Shown: positions 39,223 to 53,305, numbered from the whole stretch's first letter. The stretch is 60,627 bases of DNA, filler included, from Squatina squatina (GCA_031763465.1; 4 parts of 3 records of this genome joined end to end with filler, not necessarily neighbours in it); one strand, 5' to 3'. A program made the numbers and translations. Notes: generated by a model from the letters alone, not told the origin.

Positions 39223-41650
39223 TTAATAGAGTATAGTAGTCTCTCACCTATAACATTTGCTGATATACTCTCATCTGTGACATAATGCACACTGTTCCTG
39301 GCTACTTCCTTTACATACAAAAATTGTGTTACTTCCAGTAGTAACACTCTGGAGGGTCAGCCTTTTTTGGTGTAGTTTTGTGANNNNNNNNNNTTATCTA
39401 TCCTATTTTTCATTTCCTGCATTAGTTGCAAACTAAACAATCATTAAATGAGTTTGCCAAAACCAATCCAAGGTTACTTTGTTATACCTTAATTCGGCAT
39501 TAGTATTTACTTCACGATATTTTTATAGTGACCTAAGGAATGCCTTCTGTACAGTTGACATACAATATATATTGCTCCATAAATAATGTATATTGCTCCA
39601 GGAGCAGCACCAGGCATACCTGAGAATGAGGTACCAACATTGAAGGTACAACAGAAGTATTTGCTTGGTTTACCTTTGGAGAGATTGNNNNNNNNNNNNN
39701 NNNNNNNNNNNNNNNNNNNNNNNNNNNNNNNNNNNNNNNNNNNNNNNNNNNNNNNNNNNNNNNNNNNNNNNNNNNNNNNNNNNNNNNAGATTGGCATGAG
39801 CAGAACCGGAATCGTCAAAGAAAAGCTCGTCTGTTGCGTTTATATTCACATAACATTTTAGCACATTACATTTTCTGTATCTGACGTTAGATGGCACAGG
39901 TCTCCGGAAACTGCAATGGAGAGCTGAGGGATTGTAGTGTTTTACTCACGTTTCTGCTTTTTGCAGGGCGAAAGCATGAATTTTGCATTGCTTTTGCACA
40001 GGGGTGGGTATGCATTTCAAAGGACTGGGAGACGATCGAATTATATGTGAGGAGTGGGCAGTGGAGACTGATGGGTATTGAGCTTGTTTTAAACCCTCCT
40101 CGCCTTGATGCAATCTGCAGGGGTTTTTTTTTGTTCACTGCAGGCGGTGAACCATAACCTTTCTGGGTGTGATTGTACACCATATTTCTCTCTGTCCAGA
40201 AAATATATATACTTAAAAAAAATGGGTGGGTAAGTAATCATCAGAAGATATTTAACAGCATCCATTCAATATGACAGCACATGAGATTACTTGCGGGTCT
40301 GTCGATGACAGACAATGGCACATGCCTCTATCAAGGCTATTTGGATGCTGTGGCACATCATTTCATTACGTTGTATGTGTGTGTGTATCTTACTGCATCA
40401 TGGAAATTTGTTCCTATGTAAAATAAACCTATTGAAACTATATTTCATTTCTTTTTTTGAAAAAAAAAGCTGGCATAGCCATAATATTGAGAATGATCAG
40501 TGGGATGTGGAAACTACTCTATGCTTGTGACCTGACTTGACCTTCCCAACTCATTGAGGCCAGCTCCCTTATGGAATATGAAATATATCTCCGGGACCAG
40601 AATAGAGTATCCTTTGTTTATTGAAGGTAGACTGCTGCCTTGTTTCAGGCTAGTTTTGTTTCTGTTTGTTATACCATTGAACCGTCTCAGTTTGGGCTGC
40701 AACACGTGCCCACGTACACACCACGACCTTCAAATTCATGTTCCTTCTCTGTCAAGTGTAATAGGGTTTTTTGAATCATACCCACCTTTACATTAAAATC
40801 TATTGTGACACTAAGGTTCTGATAGAATTTTTTTGATTTAAAAAAAAATCCTCATTCATATAATGTCGCTGAGATGTGAAATTGCACAGAAACAGAAAAT
40901 AGTGTTGCAAACCTGCATTTCCCCTGGTATGAACTGTTACTTCACTGCCTACCAATGTGATAATTCACTGCAGTAAAATTAAAATCAATAATTCATTCCT
41001 GTGAGTTATCGTTTAACACTCTTATCTGTGAGATTGGATGGAAAATGCATTTGGACTTGATATTAACCTCCTGTGGAATAAATAGTGTTCAACCTATTGG
41101 TGGTGTATTGCCATCATTTCAGTCATGCAAAGGGATTACACTTGCAAAAGAATGGATGAAACACTTTATCGCCAAAGTATCAACTGTAACTATAAATTGA
41201 TGCCATCCCAAATGAAACTTACTCAGTTCTGCAATCTAGGTCTTTTGTTGCATTTTAAAAAATTATTTAAACTTTTTTTCGTATTGGCTTTGTAAGAATG
41301 TATTTTATGAAGCTACTTCACATCTAGCTGTACATTCATATATTTTATGAGGTCATTGAATATTTAGTTGCACTGTCTCAAACATTTTGAGTGCACATTC
41401 TCATGCATTGTTTATGAAGTCACTGCGCTTTCTGATTGCAATGTGCCTTCAGGAGGAACGTACCAGCACTTCAGGTTGCATGTACAGGGGTCTTAGCATG
41501 TTTTCTATGGATTTTCGTTTCATTGTTATTGCAGTAGTACTAGGAGATGCTTGCACACTAATTGTATGGACGATTACATTTTCAGATAATTCAGACTGCA
41601 TTTCTATATGCTGTGTATTACCAGGCTAGAGTTAATTTTGTTTATTAAAT

Positions 41651-41972
41651 GTCAGCCTTGGCTTAATGGTAGCACTCTAGCTTCTGAGTCAAGGTTATGG
41701 GTTCAAGTCGCGCTCCAGAGCCGTGAGCACATAATCTAGACTGACAGTTCAGTGCAGTACTGAGGGAGTGCTGCACTGTCAGAGATCCAATCTTTCGGAT
41801 GAGGTACTAAACCAAGACCCCCTCTCGTGTGCCCTCTCGGACGGATGGAAAAGATCCCATGGCACTTCAAAGAAGAGCAGCGGAATCCTCCCTGGTGTCT
41901 TGGACAATATTTATCCCTCAACCAACACCATTAAAAACAGATTATCTGATTATTATCTCATCCTGTTTGTGG
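41651..41972 (+). mobile_element. DeuSINE 5' part with tRNA-derived head
   Basis: A box TGGCTTAATGG, B box GGTTCAAGTC, followed by Deu-like core; ends at gap. Confidence 0.85.
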
Positions 41973-43140
41973 NNNNNNNNNNNNNNNNNNNNNNNNNNNN
42001 NNNNNNNNNNNNNNNNNNNNNNNNNNNNNNNNNNNNNNNNNNNNNNNNNNNNNNNNNNNNNNNNNNNNNNNNATTATTATTATCGGTGGTAGCAGCAGGG
42101 GTTTGAGACATTCAGTAGCACATGTAGACTCCAGTTTTTTTTTAATACACCAGGTCCTCTGGTACCATCAGTGTCAACTCAGACAATGAGTATCTTCCTC
42201 AAGCACATGTCATTGAAACACTTAAGTAATGAATGTTATGAAGGATGCGGAGAAGTTATTTGTCTTAAGGATATCTTAAGGGATAGTGAACTCTTTTCCC
42301 CCGACCCCTACCCAAGATGTTGGATCAGATCACACTCGTCCTGTCCAGACCAAATCGACTACACATAGTTACTATGACAACCAAATATTCCGTTTATTTG
42401 TCCCATGGTTAATTTCCCTTGTGGGCTTTAAGACGTGTTTCAATTTGGAAAATCATCAATACAGCAATACCTGTTGCCCAACATAAAGCAATCTAAAATG
42501 TTGCATAATTTGAACAGATGCCTTTACTTACAGAGCACTCTGGGAATGTGAGTGGCTTCATACCAAAGATATTGGATGAAGTATATTGCTAACTTATTCA
42601 GAATTTTTCAGCAGTCTGGCGCCAATAAGACTGTGCTCACATTGATAAACAATGTTGTCCAAACATCTAATCTTTCATTGGTGTCAGAAAATTTTGAATC
42701 TCTATTTTGTTGACATACATATATGGCATTCATAAGACTGTGTTTGTTCTGCTTTGGCCAAGAATTATTCTTTTTTAATATATCTCTGAAAATCACAGTG
42801 CCAAAGTAGTTTACCACCTCATTAATTTTCTTTTAAAATGAATTTCCACCTTGTTGATTTGTGCAGGGTTATAATATATATATATAATTTTTTTATATGA
42901 AAAGTATTCACCATTGGTAGCACTTGCTTGTAGTTGGAACAAAACTGCATATCATTTAGTGAATTGGATAGTAGACTTTACCCTCTTACTTTGCTAGCTG
43001 GCTGAAAGCCAAACAGCGAGAGACTGAACCCATCTTGCTCCTGCAGTAGCAATCCTGCAAATTATCATCAGTAGGGTTTTGCTGGCTATCTTTGGGGATT
43101 GACTTAGACCAACCTTACTCAAATAACATTATTAAAAATA

Positions 43141-43588
43141 AAAGAAACACTTGCATTTATGTAGCGCCTTTCAGGTCCTCAGGACGTCCCAAAACGCTTC
43201 TCAGCCAATTTGTACTTTTTGAAGCTTAGCCATTGATGTGATGTGGGAACTGCGGCAGCCAATTGGCACACAGCAAGCTCCCACAATCAGCAATGTGATA
43301 ATGGCCAGATAATCGATTTTTATTTTGTGATGTTTATTGAGGGATTAATATTGGCCAGGACACCGGGGCTAACTCCCCTGCTCTCCTTCGAATAGTGCTA
43401 TGGGATCTTTAACATCCACCTAAAAAGGACAGATGGGCACTTATTTTAATGTATCATCTGAAAGACAGTGCAGTATTACTCTTTCAGTACTGCACTGGAG
43501 TGTCAGTGTAGATTTTTGGGCTCGTGTCTCTGGAGTGGGAATTGAACCCACAACTTTCTGACTCGAGAGCAAGAGCCATGGCTGACAC
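43141..43588 (-). mobile_element. Near full-length DeuSINE
   Basis: Reverse complement of head, core and tail seen in the plus-strand copies. Confidence 0.85.
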
Positions 43589-45859
43589 TTAATTAGTATG
43601 GTGACACTTAATTAGTATGGTGCAACAGCTCAGGTTGACTACTTTGTCGCTCAGTGCTCCAAGTTGGTCAACACATTTAGATACTCAGCCCCACCACAAG
43701 AATTTACTTGGCATTGTTATATCGATACTTGAATGTGGAGTTTAAAAAAAAGTGAGATTACCTCTTGTAGATACTGGTTTTACCCTGTCTGTGTAGTTCA
43801 GTTTCTCATGGAAATGGTATTCTTGGCTCCCTGTCAGACCCAAGTGCAGCCTGGGGCTGTTTTTTAAATTAATGTATGGTGTGTATGTTCTTACTCAATT
43901 TGAGTTTTTCTGTTGACTCTGCCAGTGGAGCTATGGATATATCCATATCAAGGCTGTTCNNNNNNNNNNNNNNNNNNNNNNNNNNNNNNNNNNNNNNNNN
44001 NNNNNNNNNNNNNNNNNNNNNNNNNNNNNNNNNNNNNNNNNNNNNNNNNNNNNNNNNNNTTGATAAGAGTGTAGAGGCGTGCTACGATGTAACTTAATCA
44101 GAATATAATGAACATCCAGATTATCCTGTGACTCACAGTTGAATAAAAGAAGTGCAGTGAACCTGGCGCACAACTCTATACTTGATGCCATTTTTAAAAT
44201 CACTAAATATAGGCGAATGACTTTTATAACTATGTCACATAACCAAGAGGAAGCAGATTCCTGCTTAAAATAGAGAACAATGGTATTTTCTTTGAAGAAA
44301 ATGTACTGCAATCTTAGTTGTCTCATCTCACCCCACCCTACTGCACAGCAGAACTACAAGTGTAGCCGCTTAGCTTCACACACTTAATGAACTTTAAACC
44401 ATCAATTCAAAGTTATGCAACTTTTGTTTCGTATTTAACCCGAGGCAAATTATTTATCCTGTGTCTTCGTGAGACTCTTTCCAAGTGGAATATTTCTTTC
44501 TTAATTTTACCATCACTTTGGGCAAGTTAGGAATTTAGTGGGAACTATATGCAAGGGATAGAAATTCAAAGTTAGATTTAGTTCAGAAACTGGAAGACTC
44601 AATGCTTGGCACCAATAACTGTTGGTGGGGAATGAAATGCAGTAGTACAAATCTGCTGAAGCAACTACTGACAAACTTGTGCAACTTCGAGAACTCAAAG
44701 ATGGTCAATTCTTTATCGTCTCTTAATATGGTGGAAACTTTTGTGGCAAAAACGATTGTATATGCATGTAATATCAATTACATGACTGGAAGGGGTGCAC
44801 GTCAAGAGTTTTTGCATTGAGAAACAGTTTTGGCAATGTGCATGACCATGCATGGATAAGCAACAAACTGAATTGACACCAGTAAAAGCAAGTCAGTAAC
44901 CTGAGAATGGTTCGGTTTCAGTGATGTATGTTAAAGAAACATTGGGCGCACAATTCGGTGGTAGCAGGCAGGAGCTGGGCGGCTCCCGAACTCCCCGCCC
45001 GCTGCAGAATTTAGCGTCCTGGGGCGGNNNNNNNNNNNNNNNNNNNNNNNNNNNNNNNNNNNNNNNNNNNNNNNNNNNNNNNNNNNNNNNNNNNNNNNNN
45101 NNNNNNNNNNNNNNNNNNNNNNNNNNNGGTGAGATTTTGCCAGATTTGCAACTTCTAAATTTGAGACTTCCAATTTTAAAACTAGTAACAAAGGAATGTA
45201 TTTTAAGTAATTTAGTGGAAATTTCCTCTTCAGAATAGCTTGGATTGCAACAGAACTGTCCAAATTAGTCTTGTCGTACCATTGAAAATTACAGCCATAA
45301 TCCTCTGTGAATATATAGGATTATAACGTGCCTCCTGTTATCCCTGTAAACTGGGTGACCCTCCATCAGAATGTTTGAAATTTTTTGAAATTTTGAGTCC
45401 TTGGCTTCAAGTGGCCATTGTTCTCGTAAGCTGGCTATGTCACAAACCCATTGTTCCTAATAACAGTGGCTGCCTCATCTGTGCAGTCACCTCGCCCCAA
45501 CGGGCACCTGATAATTTTTCATGAATAAAGACAAAAATAGGTTGTTCGGATGGAATAAAATAACGGAATTACAAGCGCTTGTTGGATTTTGGCTAATATG
45601 GATCACCTCAAAATAGGACATTGACTCCAAACCATCTATTTTTTCTCTGTGTCTCATATCAGTATCCCTGTGTATTTCCTGAAAATTACACACGTTTCAT
45701 GTCACTAAAGCCAATTATTTTCCTGTAAACATCGTTGGCAGCAGGAGTGTTTTTTTTTCCTGTTCTTTTGCCATGTACTCAGTTTTCTTCATTATGTCTG
45801 AGCTTTTCACCTGTAAGATACGGTGAGAAGATAGTTGTGAATTTTTTTTTAAATTCATT

Positions 45860-45965
45860 CACGGGATTGCTGGCAAGGTCGGCATTTATTGCCCATCCCT
45901 AATTGCCTTTGAGAAGGTGGTGGTGGTGAGCCGCCTTGTGAATTGCTGCAGTCCATGTGGTGAAA
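45860..45965 (-). mobile_element. CR1/L2-superfamily LINE 3' fragment
   Basis: GGCATTTATTGCCCATCCCTAATTGCC..GAGAAGGTGGTGG; same family as 59420-59658. Confidence 0.65.
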
Positions 45966-46323
45966 GTATTTAAATTATGGCCGCTATTCTAACAAGAGTG
46001 GTGGAGAATTCCACATACTAACTATTCTTAGAATGTATAAAGAATTTTCTCCAGCCTCCCATTTCTTCATAAGTGAATATAAGTCAATGTAAAAGGCTAT
46101 GAAGTGTCAATTGAAATACAGAGTTGGTCTACTAATGCGTGTCGTAAGCACTCATGCAATAACTATATGTTTATTAGAAATCAAGACTACTGTTGAGCCT
46201 GAATATGAAGGTATTAAAAAAAAGTAAAGTGCTGCATTTGCTTTAACAAATTAGTGAGTCTGCTTACTGAGTTTCAATTTCTGCCATAGCAAAATTGTGC
46301 AAGCATTTTATGGATCATTTATG

Positions 46324-46423
46324 NNNNNNNNNNNNNNNNNNNNNNNNNNNNNNNNNNNNNNNNNNNNTTAATTAATTAANNNNNNNNNNNNNNNNNNNNN
46401 NNNNNNNNNNNNNNNNNNNNNNN
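46324..46423. other. Artificial scaffold-joining linker
   Basis: 44 N + TTAATTAATTAA (46368-46379) + 44 N. Confidence 0.95.
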
Positions 46424-47657
46424 AATGGCGGAGCAGGCTCGAAGGGCTGAATGGCCTACTCCTGCTCCTATTTCCTATGTTTCTATATTTCACCATCATA
46501 TGTTAAGAACAGATCAGATGAAGGAGCGAAAGAATTTAATGGTGCAATATGCACCTTTGCAGATAGGGTGCAGTGCAGCTGAACCCAGTGCAAGTCCTAA
46601 TTCAGGTAATGCTGTGTATAGTGAATGCTTTAAACCTTTGAAGATCAGATTATTCCAGAACTTAGAACATAATTTGACTTTATCTCTGTAAAATAAGAAA
46701 ACTATTGCATGGAAATTATATTTCTCATACTGCATAAATGAAAAGAATTTCCAATATTGCACCAGCTCGCAGACTTCTCTCTGTCATATTGCAGATTAAA
46801 AATAGAAAATCTCAACCATAACAAATTATCCTCCTGAGCGCTTTACTTCTTCAAAATATCGCCTCAAGCCGTCGGCATCTGTTTTACTAGAAAGCTGTTT
46901 TATTACTCTAGTATCCATGAAGGATCCATCTCATCAGGATTGCGTTCAGAAGCAGAAATACTAAGTGCATGCCGTCAGTGCTATACATGTAAATGCACCA
47001 TGGTGCAGTAAAACTTCTGACAGAGGAGTTACTACTTCGGGCCAGACAAGCTGTAGCTAATCCAGGACCAATGACTGTAGGGAAAACGAATAACTTAATA
47101 CTCATTTGGCTTTAAACTTCTGCAACTGAACAGATCACAGCTCATTCCAAATACTCACATTTAATAGGAAAAGACACCAGCACAGACCTTTTAATTTTCA
47201 AAAAATATTATTTTTGGACTCTTCAGGGGGTATCTGCTATATAATAGCAACAATGAGCTGGAATCCGTTCAGCCGTTATAGGATTTAAGGAATTTAGAAC
47301 TAGTTTCAATGAGGAAACTCTTGGTTCGCTTGCATTGACTATGGTCTATGATACAATAATGCCTTTAAGTAAGTAGCTGATAAGTTTTCATTTCTCCGCC
47401 CTGTGCAGCTTGAAAACATTATTAGTAAGCAATGCAAAACTTAAACATTTTGAGCACAAAATATTCAACAGTGACTAGATTCAAAAGTACTTAATTTATT
47501 GTAAAGCACTTTGGGATGTCCTAAGGTCGTGAAAGGCGCTGTAGAAATGCAAGTTCTTTTTTTCTCTTTAAAAGTATCGATTAATAATATTTTGCCATAA
47601 AACAGTTAATGTTGAGTTTCAGTCCAACTGGCTTTAATTCTAAACTTAATTCCGTAC

Positions 47658-47773
47658 TTCATCTGAATCTCCATTAGCACAGTGCTGAACTCGGGTGTGC
47701 AAAGCTGTTCAATGTATTCCAGTCCCTTTGTTTCATTAAAGTACTTCCTCTGAACAGTGCTGAAAGCTACACT
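47658..47773 (-). CDS. MSH4: MutS homolog 4 internal exon
   Basis: 116 bp, [38 protein letters not shown](K), AG/GT ends; [18 protein letters not shown] is diagnostic. Confidence 0.92.
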
Positions 47774-48049
47774 CTGTGGGAAAGAGAAAGAAAACATTCA
47801 AGAGCTGGAGATCTTGCAACCCCACGCATTGGCTTTCCTGCAATGTTTCCATCAAACTTAGCATAACAAGTTTACTCACTGTTTCCACACAAACATATTG
47901 CATAATGACTCAATATCAATAGTGCAATCAATTGCAGACCAACTCCAAACTCTCCAGTGCTTTAACTCCATCAGTTTTTTTTTGTTCAGTTTCTTCAATT
48001 TAAACTGGATATCTATCCCCAATTAATGTTCATCATAAAACGTCAGATG

Positions 48050-48360
48050 GCTAACCTTCCTCTTGGGCCCAACTCAGATCACCCAACAGGTGCAGTATAC
48101 CCAAGATGCCTGTCTCTGTAACCTCCTCCAGCCCTCTGATATCTCTGCGCTCCTACAATTCTGGCCTCTTGTGAATCCCTGGTTTTTATCACTCCACCAT
48201 TGGTGGCTGTGCCTTCAGCTGCCTCGGCCTTATGTTCTGGAATTCCCCCCCTAAACTTCTTTCCTACTTTGAGGTGCTCCTGAAAACCTCTTTGACCAAG
48301 CTGTCCTTATGTGACTCGGGGTCCAATTTTGTCTAATAACAGTCCTGCAAAGCACCTTGG
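48050..48360 (+). mobile_element. L2-type LINE 3' end
   Basis: Degenerate CNLLQP..CACCATTGGTGGCTGTGCCTTCAGC region and tail. Confidence 0.65.
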
Positions 48361-48789
48361 NNNNNNNNNNNNNNNNNNNNNNNNNNNNNNNNNNNNNNNN
48401 NNNNNNNNNNNNNNNNNNNNNNNNNNNNNNNNNNNNNNNNNNNNNNNNNNNNNNNNNNNNGTTTTTTAACTGAGCTCTCTTGACGGTGGCACTTTATTGC
48501 AACATTGTTCAATGGCACTCATCTACAAGTCCCCACCTTCCCTCCCCCACCCCGACAAATCCTAATTACCAGGCACTTACTACGTCTCCAGGTCGGTCTG
48601 CAAACCCACCGGTTTCCTCATCCTGGCAGGCCAAGATAAAACAGCTCAATTTATCCTTGTCGATCCAGTGCAGTCGGCCAATACTCTTCAGAGAGGCCAG
48701 CACCCACCATGAGTAACAAACATCTGGCAACTATGGGGAAGCAGGAAGGCACTGACATGATTGAATGCAAACACACAACTGTTTCCTAT

Positions 48790-49220
48790 CAGCTTACAAA
48801 AGAAATAGGAGCAGGAGTAGGTCACACAGCCCCTCGATCATGGCTGACTTTCTACCTCAACTTAATTTTCCCGGCCTGTCCCCATATCCCTAACAATCTA
48901 TNNNNNNNNNNACTGAGCATCCACAGCATTCTGGGGTAGTGAATTCCAAAGATTCAGTCCTAAATGCCTGATCCCTTATCCGGAGATTGTGATCCTTAGT
49001 TTTCGACTCTCCAGCCAGAAGCAGCCTCTCAGCATCTACCCTGTCAAGCACCCAATCGTCTATGTTTCAATGAGACCACCTCTCATACTTCTAAACTCGA
49101 GAGTACTGGACTATTCTGCTCAATCCCTCCTCAAAGGCTAACTCTCTCATCCCAGGAATCAGTCAAGTGAACCTTTGTTGCCTCAAGGCAAGTATATCCT
49201 TCCTTGGGTATGGTGACTAA
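48790..49220 (-). mobile_element. CR1-type LINE 3' fragment
   Basis: Similar to 8341-8928. Confidence 0.75.
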
Positions 49221-49439
49221 GGGCGGCCANNNNNNNNNNNNNNNNNNNNNNNNNNNNNNNNNNNNNNNNNNNNNNNNNNNNNNNNNNNNNNNNNNNNNNN
49301 NNNNNNNNNNNNNNNNNNNNNNNNNNNNNTAACATTTTCCATTTCTGCTGAAACAACATCGGACTTAAATGTTAACTCTGTTTCTCTTTTCACAGAGCTT
49401 TCTTGACCTGCTGAGTATTTGCAGCATTTTCTGTTTGCA

Positions 49440-49980
49440 TCTCATTCTTTACTAGCTGATTCTTTTTTTATCCGGGAATATATTTCTCCTGAACTCTATT
49501 GATCTCTCCTTTAAATATTGCCCACTGTTCCTTTATATCTTTGTCTGTTAATATTTCTCTCCAGTTTACCATCCTTAGATCTATCCCAGCTCCGTCATAA
49601 TTTGCTTTTCCCCATTTTTTTGGTCTTTCTAATATCTATATCTTTCTCAAATGTTATCTTAACCTAGCTTAACTCCCTAACGCATTGATCCTCTCCCACA
49701 CTTAATCTGCTTATCCACTCCGGTTCATTTCCCATGACTTCATCCAGCAGTGCTTCCCCGGTCCTTCCATTTTTGGGGCTCCTTCTCGCTTTGTCATGTT
49801 TATTTGGGGGTAGTTGAAATTTCCAATGATTAGGAAAATGTGCTTTGCCCTCATTAAATATATTTGCCTGCATATTTCTGTCTCTACTTCCTTGCCTCTA
49901 TTTGGTGGGCTGCAGTGTGTCATTAATTGTGTGAGCAGTCCATTCGAATCCTTAATTTCAATCCATTCGATTCTGTTTGT
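49440..49980 (-). mobile_element. CR1-type LINE endonuclease-region fragment
   Basis: SPPNRGKEVETEICRQI..IIGNFNYPQIN (GDFNYPDINW-like) on minus strand. Confidence 0.7.
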
Positions 49981-49984
49981 AACT

Positions 49985-51505
49985 CTCTGTTACTGATACC
50001 ACAGGGAAGGTCATTGCAAGAATCCTCCTCAACCGTCTTCTCCCAGTGGCTGAAGAGCTCCTCCCAGAGTCATACTGTGGATTCCGCCCATCAAGAGACA
50101 CAATGGACATGATTTTCAGCGCACGGCAAGGACAAGAAAAGTGCAGAGAGCAGCTTCAAACTCTGTTCATGGCCATTTTCGACCACACAAAGTCATTTAA
50201 CTCTGTCAACTGGGAGGGATTACAGAAGGTTCTCCTCAAATTTGGTTGGCACAAAAATTCGACACCATCCTCCACCTGCTCCATTATGACATGCAAGGTG
50301 TGATCCTCACCAACGGTTCAACCACAAACCCAATTCAATAGCAAACTGGGGTCAAACAAGGCTGTGACATCACACCAATGCTCTTCTCCATCTCCCTCGC
50401 CGCAACACTCCATCCCATCTCCATGAAGCTCCACACTGGAGTGAAGTGAATCAATAGGATGAGTGGGAAGAGCAAACTCCGCCACCTCCAGTCCAGAAGC
50501 AAGACCACCCCAACCTCTATCATCTAACAGTACACAGACAAGGCTTGCCTGTGTGTGCACACTCGGAGGCTGAGCTCCAATTCTTCGTCAATTTATTCAC
50601 TGAGGCTTACGAGCAGAATGGGCCTCGCACTAAACATCCACAAGAAAGAGGTCCTACACCAGCCTGCCCCAGCTGCACAACACCACCCCTGACTACCAAG
50701 ATCCATGCTTAGCCCGTGGACAATGTGGATCACTTTCCATACATTGGGAGCCTCCTTTCAGCGAGAGCTGAGAAAGACGATGAAATTGAAAACTACCTCC
50801 AGTGTGTCAGCACAGCCTTTGGCCGCTTGAGAAAGAGAGTGTTTGACGACTTCAAACCCGGCACAAATCTCATGGTCTAGCTGTGATACTCGCCATCAGA
50901 GACATGGTCAATATACAGCAGGGCCCTTAAAGCACTGGAGAAATACTGGCAACACAACCTCTGCAAAATCCCGCAAATCCACTTGTAGGATAGGCGTACC
51001 AATGTCAGCATCCTCTCTCAGGCCAACAACCTCTCAGGCATCAAGGCACTCGTCATAATCAACCAGCTGCATTGGGCGAGCACGTTGTCCGCATACCCGA
51101 CTCAAGACTTCTGAAACAAGCACTCTATTTCGAGCTTCGTCACAGCAAGCGAATTCCAGGATGGTAGAGGAAGCACTGCAAGGACACCCTCAAAGCTTCC
51201 CTGAAAAGATGTAACCTCCCCACCAACTCATGTGAATCTCTGGCCCAAGATTGCCCAAACTGGAGGCGAAGCATCCGCGAAGGCAGCAACCACTTCGGGC
51301 TTCTCTGGCTGTATCACATGGAAGCCAAGTACAGGCAGTGGAAGGAGCACGCAGAAACCCAAGCATCCCATCCACTCGCCCCATCAAATACCAACTGCCC
51401 CACCTGTGGTAGAATTTGTGGATCCCATATAGGACCATTTCATCACCTCAGAACCCACAACTCTGGAATAGAAGCAAGTCTTCCTCGACCTCGAGGGACT
51501 GCCAA
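49985..51505 (+). mobile_element. RTE-clade LINE, degenerate
   Basis: AEELLPESYCGFRPSRDTMDMIFSARQGQEKCREQ..GVKQGC..CPTCGRICGSHIGPFHHLRTH; many stops. Confidence 0.9.
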
Positions 51506-51984
51506 AGGATCTTTTCTTGCTACGGCCTTCATATTGTTTGGATGAAAACCTCCCCTCCACCATCCCATGTTCCTCTCTCTTACTTGTAAATTCGTTACAG
51601 TTGCAATATTTAACATGTCGAAATTCAGCATCATTCTGCCGCAATGAATGACAGATGCAAATGACAGGGCAGGAGTTCAACAGCACACAGATCAGATAAG
51701 CCTCAAAAGAAAACGAAGAGATTACTTACTCAAAAGCTAAATACTGCGGATGCNNNNNNNNNNNNNNNNNNNNNNNNNNNNNNNNNNNNNNNNNNNNNNN
51801 NNNNNNNNNNNNNNNNNNNNNNNNNNNNNNNNNNNNNNNNNNNNNNNNNNNNNGAGGAATCGCACACACAGCCTTTTCTCTTATCACTCTGTGCTGCAGT
51901 GAGTTGCAGTGTTCCTGAGGGTGACCCTCAAGTAAGACGTTCATTGGCACAGCAATATGATAGTGAGTGACACTGCTCGTAATG

Positions 51985-52340
51985 TTGTAGACACCTAAGG
52001 TGTTCAAAATTGAGATGTTTTGATAGAGTAGATAAGCAGAAACTGTTTCCACTGGCAGGAGGACACAGATTTAAGGGAATTAGCAAAAGAAGCAGGGGAA
52101 AGACGAAGAGATTTCTTTCTGCAGAGTGTTATGATCTGGAATGAACTGCCTGAAAGGGCGGTGGCAGCAGACTCAGTAGTAACTTTCAGAAGGGACTTAG
52201 ATAAATACTTGAAAAGGAAAAATTTGCAGGGCTACGGGGAAAGAGCAGGGGGAAGTGGGAGTAATTGGAGAGCTCTTTTAAATTGCCGACACTCAAACGA
52301 TAGGCCGAATGACCTCCTTCGGCGCTGTATCATTCTGTGC
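51985..52340 (+). mobile_element. CR1-type LINE 3' end
   Basis: IWNELPERAVAADSVVTFRRDLDKYLKRKNLQGYGERAG. Confidence 0.85.
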
Positions 52341-52799
52341 AACGTTTCCCCTCAGCTGCACGGGAAAGGATACCGTGCAGCAAATTTAAAGGGACCAAAG
52401 ATACAAATTAGAGGGAACATTGATTCTGTGACATGAAAAAAGGATGTTTCCCAGTGTTTTCCTGACGTTTTCTCCCATTCTTCAAAATTGGCCACCAGTC
52501 CTAAACAGAAGAGATCAGTGGTTCTGGTGACGTTCTACTGACCAAGGAAAGCCCGGTTCTTTGACCTGCAGGTACTGGGTGCTAACTTGCCAATAATAAT
52601 TTCATATAGGATGGTCCAGCAGTTGCAGCTGGATGGCCAGCTGTGGTACAGCTTGGTTCCTTGGTGACGAGCCTGGCTGTGTNNNNNNNNNNNNNNNNNN
52701 NNNNNNNNNNNNNNNNNNNNNNNNNNNNNNNNNNNNNNNNNNNNNNNNNNNNNNNNNNNNNNNNNNNNNNNNNNNNNNNNNNCGAGGTCCTGCAGTTGA

Positions 52800-53010
52800 A
52801 TGATAAAGCGCAGGAGACCGTTTGGCCCATCTTGCCTGTGCCGGCTCTTTGAAAGGGCTCTCCAATTCCCCGCTCTTGCTCCATAGCCCTGCAAATTTTC
52901 TCCCTTGAAGTATTTAACCAATTTCCTTTTGAAAGTTGCTATTGAATCTGCTTCCTCCGCCCTTTCAGGTAGCGTGTTCCAGATCATCATAACAACTCGC
53001 TGCGTAAAGG
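52800..53010 (-). mobile_element. CR1-type LINE 3' end
   Basis: FTQRVVMMIWNTLPERAEEADSIATFKRKL. Confidence 0.85.
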
Positions 53011-53305
53011 TAGGATGACCAGACATCCCAGTTTAGCCGGGACAGTCCCGGTTTTTGAGGAAGTGTCCCGGTGTGCCGACATTCACCTCAAAATTGCTCA
53101 AATGTCCCAATTTTTCGTGCCCACTCAACTGCGCATACGCAGTCCTAGCGAAGAATACACTGCGCATGCAGAATCCCGGTGAGGAATACACTGCGCATGC
53201 ACAGTCCCGGTGAGGAATACACTGCGCATGCAGAGTCCCGGTGAGGAATACACTGCGCATGCAGAGTCCCGGTGAGGAATACACTGCGCATGCAGAGTCC
53301 CGGTG
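53011..53305 (+). mobile_element. Non-autonomous hAT (Blackjack-like) DNA transposon left end with internal minisatellite
   Basis: Starts TAGGATGACCAGACATCCC (TAGGGTGACCA-type TIR) with GGGACAGTCCCG subterminal motifs; right end lost in gap. Confidence 0.55.
53128..53305. repeat. 31-bp minisatellite, 5 full copies plus 1 partial
   Basis: Unit GAGGAATACACTGCGCATGCAGAGTCCCGGT; runs into gap. Confidence 0.97.

Noticed and set aside
40325-40550. SF-1-like sites (TCAAGGCTA, TGACCT) suggesting a STAR promoter downstream of LSM1
   Set aside because: Short motifs expected by chance; no STAR exon found.
41651-41720. tRNA gene
   Set aside because: A/B boxes belong to a SINE head that continues into the Deu core; no proper cloverleaf.
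51584-51701. Minus-strand exon-like segment (AYLICVLLNSC..)
   Set aside because: Splice-like ends, but the peptide matches none of MSH4, RABGGTB or ACADM as I recall them.
53128-53305. 31-bp repeats as a CRISPR array
   Set aside because: Units are head-to-tail with no unique spacers; vertebrate context; no cas genes.
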